Shown here in pieces: positions 26,504 through 34,376 of a stretch of DNA of 64,000 nucleotides. The DNA lies in NCBI GenBank assembly GCA_951812755.1, contig OX638329.1:5355563-5419562 (forward strand), written 5' to 3'. Position 1 is the stretch's first letter, and every line of letters begins with the position of its first letter. A model generated the notes under the pieces. That model had not been told where the DNA came from and ran no database searches. It saw only the letters and a list, made by a program, of their open reading frames with translations. The stretch comes from an uncultured Latescibacterota bacterium. Its GTDB lineage: Bacteria > Latescibacterota > UBA2968. Made by a program: the position numbers and the translations under genes.

Positions 26504-29500
26504 ATGTTTGAAAACGGAACGATTCTCGACGAAAGATATCAAATCCAGACGCACCTGGGAACCGGGGGCATGGGCGAAGTCTATCGGGTTTTAGACCTGG
26601 ACCAAAACCAGGCGTGCGCGCTCAAAATTTTGAATACCATGGTGGATCACAAGGCGGTACATCGCCGTTTTCACAGAGAATTTCAAGTGTTGAACAGATT
26701 CCATCACCCGCGCCTGGTCCGCACATACACCTGGGGCTTTGCCGAAGATCGCCCTTATTTTACGATGGAATATTTACCCGGAAAGACATTGGAAAAAGTA
26801 ATTGCCGATCATGCGCTATTAGGGCAATTCCAGGCTTCGTACTTTTTTCCCCTGATGGAACAACTTGCCGAAGGATTGGCATATATCCACGCGCAGGGTG
26901 CGGTACATCGCGATCTCAAACCATCCAATATTATGGTATTGGAAACAGAAGAGGGGATCAAGATCACGATCCTGGATATGGGACTGGCGAAACTCCGACA
27001 TCTGCATAGTGCCTCCATTACGCAGACGGGCACAGCCATTGGCACGGCAGAATATATGTCACCAGAGCAAGGTAAGGGATTATGGGTAGATCATCGATCA
27101 GATTTGTACTCATTGGGCATAATTTTATACGAGATGCTCACGGGCACACCGCCTTTTTCGGGACAAAATCCCATATCTGTTATTATGAAGCACATTCGAG
27201 AGATACCGCCCTCAATGGGCGAAATCAATATCGCTGTTCCTGATGAGATACAACAAATTGTGTTGAAGTTGCTGGCAAAGGAGCCTGTTGATCGTTTTCA
27301 GTCCGCAGACGAAGTATTGCGTGCCTTACCATCGGAGTTTGTGCTACCGGATGACGAGCAGCGCGATGTGCATAGAAAAGTTATGCGGCCGCAATTTATC
27401 GGGCGCGAATCCGAAATGAAGACATTGCGCGCAATGTTGCAGGATGTACAGGCTGGCGAACAGCGCGTGATTCTAATCTCCGGTGAATCTGGTGTGGGAA
27501 AAACGAGATTGGTTGAAGAACTATTGGGCGATGCGCTAATCCATGACTTTCTGTGTTTGAAAAGCGCAGGCCAGGAAGAGGGTGGACAAATATACGGTGC
27601 GTTGATTGATGCTTTTCAAGGAACGACGGATTTGGTTAGAAGGGAAACAGACAAGTTTTCTGTTATGGAGCGTTGGTTGCAGTTATTAAAAAGTCTGCGA
27701 CAGAAACAGCCCATCGTGTTGTGTTTAGAAAATATTCAATGGCTTGACGAATTGACCCTGGAATTTTTGCAGTATGTATTACGCGATCCAGACCCGTGTC
27801 CGTTTTTGTTATGTCTGACCTGTCAATGGTCCAACCTGGAACCGCTTTCAGAGGAAATTAAAAATTTTATACACAGTAATGAATTTGCCGAGGCGACCCG
27901 GATTCAGTTGGAGAATCTACCGCGTAAAGAGATGGGGTATTTAGCAGCGTCGATGTTGGGGGAGCGATCCATACCTCGAGATGCATTGCAAACCCTGTTC
28001 AGAGAAACGGGTGGGCAACCCCTGTTTGTCGTAGAGGCTGTGAGGACACTGGTGAATGCCGATGTGGTTCGGCAGAATGTATTTGGCGATTGGCAGTGGG
28101 GAGAATTTCCCCAAACATTATTATCCGATGATATTTCAGAGATTTTGCACAGACGCATAGCTACCCTGCCTGCTGTGCAACAGCGAGTGCTGGAATACGC
28201 CTGTGTTTTTCTCAATGATTTTTCTTTTGACTTATTGGCTGCGGTTTGGCGCGGTGATGAGTTGGAATTGTTGGATGTGCTGGACGACCTGATTGCAGAA
28301 GGGCTTTTAGCCGCCTGTGGAGAGGCTGAAGATCGATATCGTTTTTCACAGGGTCTGTATCGGCGGGCAATTTACGATCGCATGCAAAATGTGCGGCGAC
28401 GGCTGTTGCATCGAGAAATTGGCAATGCTTTGGAAAAGATGGATGATGCAGAAGAATTGACAGAAGAATTGGCGGATCATTTTGCGGCGGCGAAAGAACA
28501 AGATAAAGCTATAAAATATACGCGTCTATCAGGCAAAAAAGCATTGGAGGTACAAGCGTATCGCCAGGCATTGAGACGGTTTGAGGCTGTGCGAGGCTGG
28601 ACATCAGATGACGCTTTTGAATCACCTGCAGATACCATCGTTTTTTTATGCGATTATGCAAACGTTTTACGCTGTTGTAGTCAGCACAATAGCGCACTGG
28701 AACTTTTAGACGAGGCAAAAGCGTTATTGCCCGATAATCGGAAAGATTTAAAGGCGCGTATTTTGTGGAATGAAGGCATTATTCACAGCGTACTTCAACA
28801 TGGGAAAGTAGCAGAAGAATATATGCTGGAGGCATTGCGATTTTACCGGGAATTGGGTGATCTCGACGGAGAAATTCAGGCGTTGGGGAGTTTGGCTCAT
28901 TTATGCGATGTGTCTGAGCGTCACGAAGAAGCGATTGCATATATGTGTCGAGAAATAGAGAAATATGCTGCTCTGGGAGAAGCCCAGAACAAGGCTATTG
29001 TACAAGTCCGAGAAGGTATGGTTGCATTGGTGGAATTTCGATTTGGGACGGCCAAAGTACACCTAAAAGCGGCTGTAAAAACATCTCAGAAATTGGGACT
29101 TGAACACCATCGCATTGGAGCACTCAATTTACTTTTAAGAGTTTATTTTTATTCAGGTGATCTCGACCAAGCAGAAGCCGTTTGCCACGAAGTCATTGGT
29201 GAGTGGCAGAAGCGAGGCATTGTGTATTGGGAGGCAATGAATTTTCTCCGGTTGGGAGAATTGGCTCTGGAACGCGATGGTTTTTCAGAAGCATTGGAAT
29301 ATGCCGAGACCTCAGCAGAGCGATTTTTGGAAACACCGCGAAGAGATTACGTCTATCGCGCTTATGCGATAGCAGCAACGGCTGCTGCGAGAATGGGAGA
29401 TACAGAGACAGCTCTTGAATGGGCAGAAAGAGCCAGTGAAGGTGTGCAACAAACATCGGGTATGTACACGGGCATATTGCCCCTGGTGTATTGTGGTATA

Positions 29501-31297
29501 GGTGTTGCTTTAGACAAAGCAGGGCGAATTGCTGAGGCTGAAGAGGCTTTTGAGCAGGCTATTGAATGCCGGGGAGAATCTAAAGGCGATCACTGGGCGC
29601 GTGCGCTGCTGATGGCTGGGGAGTTTTATCTCGAGCGCGATGATATGGCAAAAGCGCAAGCCCATCTCGAAGCGGCAAAACAGGCGTTTGGAGAAATGGA
29701 AATGTCCTATTTTTTGGAGAAAACACAGATGTTATTAAATCAATTATCTCGCGACAAAGATGGTCGCGGCAGAAATGCCGCACTTAGCTCTGAGATTTCA
29801 GTCGATACGTTGTCTGTTGATCGCTGGCGCTTGCTTTACGATGTGAGCAGGGAATTGACAACAGAGCGCGATGTCAAAGTGTTATTGGATCGAACTTTGG
29901 GTAACTTGTTGGTTGTCTATCCAGCAGAGCGAGTACTTATTGCGGTGAAAAATGAGACCCCAAAAAGCTTTGTGGTTGATGCGGTACGTTACCACAATGT
30001 AGAAGCAGATGATGCGGAAGCACTGAGCCGGGGTATTATTCGTCGGGTTATTGAAACAAATGAACCCGTTTTGAGCGTTGATGCTCAGACAGACGACAGG
30101 CTAAATCAATATCAAAGCGTGATGGACTACAATATTCGGTCTGTATTGTGCGTACCCCTATTTCATGTTAGCGAAGGTGTGATGGGTGCACTGTATGTGG
30201 ATCATCGCGGCATTGACAACGCATTTTCTGAAGCAGATCAGACGTTTTTACAGGCATTTGCGAATCTGGTGGGGGTGGCACTGGTCAATGCGAGAATGTA
30301 TGAACAATTAGAAGATAAAGCGCGATATTTGCAGCAAGAGGTCGAAAGACAGTACCAGCTTGACGACCTGGTCGGGCAAAGTGATGCTATGCAGACGATC
30401 TACTATCTTATCGAACGCGCTTCACAAAGTGATATACCCGTGCTTGTGCAGGGCGAAACAGGTACAGGCAAAGAATTGGCGGCGCGTGCCATACACTACA
30501 ATAGCAGACGCAAAGACCAGCCATTTTTGTCTCAAAATTGTGCCGCACTATCACCAGAGTTGTTGCAAAGTGAGTTGTTCGGACACAAAAAAGGGGCGTT
30601 TACTGGCGCGACAGCAAATCACACGGGGATTTTTGAAGCAGCCAATGGCGGTACGGTTTTTTTAGATGAAATCGCCGATGCTTCACCACAGTTGCAAAGG
30701 AGCTTGTTGCGGGTGTTGCAAGAGGGTGAGATTCGGCGCGTGGGAGAAACAGAGGATCGCGCAGTGGATGTACGCATTATTGCAGCGACCAATCAAGACT
30801 TAAAAAAAGAAGTAGAAAACAGATCCTTCCGCGAAGATTTGTATTACCGATTGCATGTGATTCAGATCAATATGCCGCCTTTGCGAGAACGCATTGAAGA
30901 TGTGCCATTATTGGCTGAACATTTGCTCATTCGGGCAAAAGAAGATGCAAACAAGTCGGTTGGGGGACTGACAGTAGGTGCGATAAAGGTGCTTGTAAGT
31001 TACAACTGGCCTGGCAATGTGCGCGAGTTGGAGAATGAGATTCGGCGTGCAATTGCATTGGCAGAGCCAGATAGTGAAATTACGCCCGATTTGTTTTCAG
31101 AATCCATTGGGCACACAGTGTCAGATATCCCTGTCGAATCCCAGGGACGTTTACAAGACCGTGTTCAGGAGTATGAAAAACGAGTGATTCGAGACGCGCT
31201 CGAGAAATGTGTGGGCAATATTACGCATACGGCTAAAGAACTGGGAATAACGCGCGCTGGCCTGCAGAAAAAGATCAATCGTTTGGGGTTGAGATAG
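26504..31297 (+). CDS. Giant sigma-54-dependent transcriptional activator fused to a Ser/Thr protein kinase. Domain order: kinase, P-loop NTPase, TPR repeats, GAF domain, sigma-54 AAA+ activator domain, Fis-type HTH
   Basis: Kinase motifs GTGGMGEVY, HRDLKPSN, DMG and SPE. P-loop GESGVGKTRL. TPR-like helical repeats. GAF region. sigma-54 module GETGTGKELAARAIH, ESELFGHKKGAFTGA and GTVFLDEI. C-terminal HTH TAKELGITRAGLQKKI. Probable start ATG at about 26504 (MFENGTILDERYQ); the track ORF starts at 26318. Confidence 0.8.
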   Translation: MFENGTILDERYQIQTHLGTGGMGEVYRVLDLDQNQACALKILNTMVDHKAVHRRFHREFQVLNRFHHPRLVRTYTWGFAEDRPYFTMEYLPGKTLEKVIADHALLGQFQASYFFPLMEQLAEGLAYIHAQGAVHRDLKPSNIMVLETEEGIKITILDMGLAKLRHLHSASITQTGTAIGTAEYMSPEQGKGLWVDHRSDLYSLGIILYEMLTGTPPFSGQNPISVIMKHIREIPPSMGEINIAVPDEIQQIVLKLLAKEPVDRFQSADEVLRALPSEFVLPDDEQRDVHRKVMRPQFIGRESEMKTLRAMLQDVQAGEQRVILISGESGVGKTRLVEELLGDALIHDFLCLKSAGQEEGGQIYGALIDAFQGTTDLVRRETDKFSVMERWLQLLKSLRQKQPIVLCLENIQWLDELTLEFLQYVLRDPDPCPFLLCLTCQWSNLEPLSEEIKNFIHSNEFAEATRIQLENLPRKEMGYLAASMLGERSIPRDALQTLFRETGGQPLFVVEAVRTLVNADVVRQNVFGDWQWGEFPQTLLSDDISEILHRRIATLPAVQQRVLEYACVFLNDFSFDLLAAVWRGDELELLDVLDDLIAEGLLAACGEAEDRYRFSQGLYRRAIYDRMQNVRRRLLHREIGNALEKMDDAEELTEELADHFAAAKEQDKAIKYTRLSGKKALEVQAYRQALRRFEAVRGWTSDDAFESPADTIVFLCDYANVLRCCSQHNSALELLDEAKALLPDNRKDLKARILWNEGIIHSVLQHGKVAEEYMLEALRFYRELGDLDGEIQALGSLAHLCDVSERHEEAIAYMCREIEKYAALGEAQNKAIVQVREGMVALVEFRFGTAKVHLKAAVKTSQKLGLEHHRIGALNLLLRVYFYSGDLDQAEAVCHEVIGEWQKRGIVYWEAMNFLRLGELALERDGFSEALEYAETSAERFLETPRRDYVYRAYAIAATAAARMGDTETALEWAERASEGVQQTSGMYTGILPLVYCGIGVALDKAGRIAEAEEAFEQAIECRGESKGDHWARALLMAGEFYLERDDMAKAQAHLEAAKQAFGEMEMSYFLEKTQMLLNQLSRDKDGRGRNAALSSEISVDTLSVDRWRLLYDVSRELTTERDVKVLLDRTLGNLLVVYPAERVLIAVKNETPKSFVVDAVRYHNVEADDAEALSRGIIRRVIETNEPVLSVDAQTDDRLNQYQSVMDYNIRSVLCVPLFHVSEGVMGALYVDHRGIDNAFSEADQTFLQAFANLVGVALVNARMYEQLEDKARYLQQEVERQYQLDDLVGQSDAMQTIYYLIERASQSDIPVLVQGETGTGKELAARAIHYNSRRKDQPFLSQNCAALSPELLQSELFGHKKGAFTGATANHTGIFEAANGGTVFLDEIADASPQLQRSLLRVLQEGEIRRVGETEDRAVDVRIIAATNQDLKKEVENRSFREDLYYRLHVIQINMPPLRERIEDVPLLAEHLLIRAKEDANKSVGGLTVGAIKVLVSYNWPGNVRELENEIRRAIALAEPDSEITPDLFSESIGHTVSDIPVESQGRLQDRVQEYEKRVIRDALEKCVGNITHTAKELGITRAGLQKKINRLGLR

Positions 31298-31308
31298 GCG
31301 GTGAACAG

Positions 31309-31347
31309 GTGCATCCAGATGTATGCAGTGCATCCTGGCGGATGCAC
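31309..31347. promoter_or_regulatory. Upstream activator sequence: perfect 20-bp palindrome GTGCATCC-TGGC-GGATGCAC (31328-31347), overlapped by a degenerate third copy (31309-31328)
   Basis: Read directly from the sequence. About 200 bp upstream of the sigma-54 promoter. Confidence 0.7.
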
Positions 31348-31408
31348 TTTGTCTATCCTTATATAATTCAGATAGTTGTGCTTATTTTCTTTAAATAGGC
31401 GATCATAA

Positions 31409-31428
31409 GTGCATCCTATCGGATGCAC
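31409..31428. promoter_or_regulatory. Upstream activator sequence: second perfect 20-bp palindrome GTGCATCC-TATC-GGATGCAC
   Basis: Has the same half-sites as 31328-31347 and lies 81 bp downstream of it. An AT-rich tract follows, plausibly bendable or IHF-binding. Confidence 0.7.
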
Positions 31429-31537
31429 TTACACCTGAATCTCGCAGGTGTAGCACAAATAATCCTTAATTTTTATCTCTTTGTTTTTCAAGCACTTGAG
31501 AATTTTCATGTGCTTTTTTTTTGCTGAGACGATTTTG

Positions 31538-31552
31538 GGCACGGATCTTGCA
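31538..31552 (+). promoter_or_regulatory. sigma-54 (RpoN) promoter GGCACG-N4-TTGCA
   Basis: Exact match to the -24 GG / -12 GC consensus (tGGGCACGgatcTTGCAtc) with correct spacing, about 55 nt upstream of the small peptide ATG. Confidence 0.75.
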
Positions 31553-31608
31553 TCATAAAAAGGGCAAACCGTTATGGCACAGGATTTTTCCATTATAAGG
31601 AGGATAAC

Positions 31609-31788
31609 ATGGCAACACGACGCAAATTGACTTTGGTCAACGGTGCAATAGATCAAGAAGGTAGCATTCTTATGTATCAGACTGTAAAGAGTGTAGAGGT
31701 TCACTGCGAGCCTTATACTTTTGCTGTTCCCCTCCTTCCCTTCCCCGATAATGATCCCGATTGGGACGATTTTGATCAGTCTGAGTAA
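31609..31788 (+). CDS. Small peptide (59 aa), candidate RiPP precursor (MATRRKLTLVNGAIDQEGSILMYQTVKSVEVHCEPYTFAVPLLPFPDNDPDWDDFDQSE)
   Basis: Missing from the track (below 60 aa). Excellent SD AAGGAGG 6 nt upstream of the ATG. Sits between a sigma-54 promoter and a radical-SAM/SPASM gene. Basic N-terminus, single Cys, Pro-rich and acidic C-terminus. Confidence 0.7.
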   Translation: MATRRKLTLVNGAIDQEGSILMYQTVKSVEVHCEPYTFAVPLLPFPDNDPDWDDFDQSE

Positions 31789-31816
31789 ATCATCTCTATT
31801 TTAAGGAGTACTTGAC

Positions 31817-33253
31817 ATGCTATGCATTCAGAAATGCGAAATGCATCTTTTTCAAACGGAAGAACAAAAACAGCCGATTGTCTATCAGACTGAGACAGGT
31901 CTGTTTTTTACACTGGATACCCTTTTCCAGGCGATTTTAGCGTGTTGCGAGGGGCTGTCCGATTCTCAGGTTGTTCAGAGGTTGACCGATCAATACGAGG
32001 CAGAGGAAGTTGTCGAGGCTATCGAGGAATTGGCTCAGGTGGGTTTGATTTCGGATGGTGCTCTACCTGTGGTATCCAATGTGCCGACAACAGAAGGGGT
32101 GGCAGCCTGCGGCGTATCGCAGACTGATCGTTTGCAGGTGTCGTTGCACGTTTCGCATACGTGCAATATTCAGTGTGCTTATTGCTTTGCCCACGGCGGG
32201 GATTACGGCGGTAAGGCGATGCTGATGCAACCGGACGTTGCCGAGCAAGCGATACGCTGGATCATCTCCGAGGCTCAGGTGTTCGGACGGTGCCAGATCG
32301 ATTTTTTTGGCGGGGAACCGCTTCTGAATTTTCCGCTGATGCAGAAGCTGGTGCCGTTTGCCAAATCCCTGGGAGCGCGATTGGGTGTGCAGGTTGGTTT
32401 TGGCATTGTGACCAATGGCACCTTGTTGACCGACGAGATGAAGCAGTTTTTGGTTAATAAAAAGTTTCAGATTAAGGTCAGCCTGGATGGTGGACGTAAG
32501 ACACAGGACCGCATTCGCAAGTTTCACAATGGTTCTGGTACTTATGATGTTGTGGCAAAGAATGTAAAGAAATTGACTGCTGAGGCACCTGAGCGCGTGT
32601 ATTTGCAGGCTGTTATGACAGCTTATGACCTGAACGAGGATCAGATTGCCGATGAGTTGCGTTCGCTGGGTACTGAAAATGCGCTCATCGGTCCGGCGGT
32701 TGTCTCCCCCGATAAACCTTATGCTGTTCGAGAAGAACACATACCCGCTTTGAAGCAACAAATTCACAAGCGGAGCCGGCACGCGCTCAAAGCTATTCTA
32801 AATGGTGAAGAGGGTGAAGATGAAGAGTTTGATCCGAGGATTCAAAAACTTTTGACGCGCCAAAAATCTTGTCACGGATGCCTCGGCGGTAAGCAGTATT
32901 TGGCAATTGCAGCGGACGGGTCGATTTATTTTTGCTCGAGCTTAGCCGACGCGCCCGAGTTTAAGATGGGTGATGTGTTTGCGGGTATTGATCGCGAAAA
33001 GCAGCAGTATTTTGACGCGCAGTTCAATGTGAATAATCGTCCTGAGTGCAAAACGTGCTGGGCGCGCAATTTGTGTGGTGGCGGATGTCTTTGGGAGGCA
33101 CGGACAACAACGGATGATCCAATGTCTCCGAACCCGGTTTATTGTGAACAGACGCGCTATCGCTATGAACTGGCAATGGAGATGTGTATGGAGATAGCAG
33201 AAACGGATGCGTCTTTGTTGCAGCGACGATATGATCTGGAAGTGGTATCATAA
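31817..33253 (+). CDS. Radical SAM/SPASM-domain peptide-modifying enzyme with an N-terminal RRE-like extension (sactipeptide/ranthipeptide-maturase-like)
   Basis: CNIQCAYC (CxxxCxxC) radical-SAM cluster motif. C-terminal Cys-rich SPASM region (CHGC…FCSS…CKTCWARNLCGGGC). A roughly 110-aa N-terminal domain resembling the RiPP recognition elements of sactisynthases. SD aaggag upstream. Confidence 0.8.
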   Translation: MLCIQKCEMHLFQTEEQKQPIVYQTETGLFFTLDTLFQAILACCEGLSDSQVVQRLTDQYEAEEVVEAIEELAQVGLISDGALPVVSNVPTTEGVAACGVSQTDRLQVSLHVSHTCNIQCAYCFAHGGDYGGKAMLMQPDVAEQAIRWIISEAQVFGRCQIDFFGGEPLLNFPLMQKLVPFAKSLGARLGVQVGFGIVTNGTLLTDEMKQFLVNKKFQIKVSLDGGRKTQDRIRKFHNGSGTYDVVAKNVKKLTAEAPERVYLQAVMTAYDLNEDQIADELRSLGTENALIGPAVVSPDKPYAVREEHIPALKQQIHKRSRHALKAILNGEEGEDEEFDPRIQKLLTRQKSCHGCLGGKQYLAIAADGSIYFCSSLADAPEFKMGDVFAGIDREKQQYFDAQFNVNNRPECKTCWARNLCGGGCLWEARTTTDDPMSPNPVYCEQTRYRYELAMEMCMEIAETDASLLQRRYDLEVVS

Positions 33254-33287
33254 GCAAATAAGTTCTGATGAAAACCTGGTATCCAAT

Positions 33288-33345
33288 ACGGCATCCAAAT
33301 AGGGATGATAACGCCCTGTTAGATGCCGTTTATTTTGCTTTTTGG
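33288..33345 (+). terminator. Probable intrinsic terminator after the radical-SAM gene
   Basis: Long hairpin acggcatcc…ggatg…gatgccgt followed by ttattttgcttttt. The stem contains GCATCC/GGATG half-site-like sequences. Confidence 0.5.
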
Positions 33346-34349
33346 GTGGAATTCTCGTGGAAGAAATATATCAATCAAAAAAATCCGGCCTCGATAAATG
33401 GCCGCTCATTGGACAGCACCCCATACTCTTAGACGTGCAAAAGCGTGCGTACCGCGTGGCGAATAGCGAATTACCCGTCAACATCAGTGGAGAGACTGGC
33501 ACGGGCAAGGAATTGCTCGCCCGTTATATCCACGGCATTAGCCACCGCAACAGAGGACCATTTGTAACCGTTGACTGCGGCCTCCTCTCTTCTGAAATGG
33601 CGCGCAGCGAGTTATTTGGACATGTTCGAGGTGCTTTTACTGGCGCCAGCCAAACGCGCACCGGACTGGTTGAATCTGCCCACGGCGGTACGCTATTCTT
33701 CGATGAAGTAGGCGAATTGCCAGCCAATCTTCAGTTGCAATTGCTACGCCTGGTACAGGAACAGGAATTTCGCCGCATAGGCGAAGTATCCATGCGCCGG
33801 TCCGATGTGCGCCTGATCACTGCGACACACTGCAACTTGAAAAAAATGATGCGAACAGGAACTTTCCGAGAAGACCTCTATTACCGCTTAACTGTCGTAC
33901 CCCTGTATTTGCCACCCTTGCGGAAGCGACTGAGCGATTTGCCACTTTTGATCACGCATTTTTGCAAAAGTATGAAAGGATACACGCGCGCGTTTTCCCC
34001 CGAAGTAATTCAAAGGATGTCGCATTATGCCTGGCCTGGCAATGTTCGGGAACTACAAAACGAAGTCGCCCGATTGATGGTCATGAGCGAAGGGAAAATT
34101 ATCCGAGTATCCGACCTGCACCCTCGCATTCGGGGATCCAAACCCGAGGTTGATGTATTTGACCTCCCATTTAAGGAAGCCAGGCAACTGGCAAACAGCC
34201 GATTTATGCGGGAGTATCTCGACAGAGCTTTGCAGCGAACACAGGGCAATGTAACCCAGGCAGCGCAACAATGCGGGATTGGCCGACAGTACTTCCAGTT
34301 GCGTATGTCCGAGTACGGTCTGAAGTCGGCATTTTACAAGAAAAAATAA
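33342..34349 (+). CDS. sigma-54-dependent transcriptional activator lacking an N-terminal sensory/receiver domain (PspF/HrpR-like AAA+ plus HTH only)
   Basis: 335 aa. GETGTGKELLARYIHG, ELFGHVRGAFTGA, a GAFTGA loop, C-terminal Fis-type HTH. Non-ATG start (TTG 33342 or GTG about 33357). Confidence 0.8.
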   Translation: MGGILVEEIYQSKKSGLDKWPLIGQHPILLDVQKRAYRVANSELPVNISGETGTGKELLARYIHGISHRNRGPFVTVDCGLLSSEMARSELFGHVRGAFTGASQTRTGLVESAHGGTLFFDEVGELPANLQLQLLRLVQEQEFRRIGEVSMRRSDVRLITATHCNLKKMMRTGTFREDLYYRLTVVPLYLPPLRKRLSDLPLLITHFCKSMKGYTRAFSPEVIQRMSHYAWPGNVRELQNEVARLMVMSEGKIIRVSDLHPRIRGSKPEVDVFDLPFKEARQLANSRFMREYLDRALQRTQGNVTQAAQQCGIGRQYFQLRMSEYGLKSAFYKKK

Positions 34350-34376
34350 TGCCTCGCGGTGTACTAAAAAACGTCA

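Noticed and set aside
31571-31590. Second TGGCAC hexamer (gttaTGGCACaggatttttcc) as an alternative sigma-54 promoter
   Set aside because: No GC dinucleotide at the required spacing from the GG. The upstream GGCACG-N4-TTGCA site is a perfect match.
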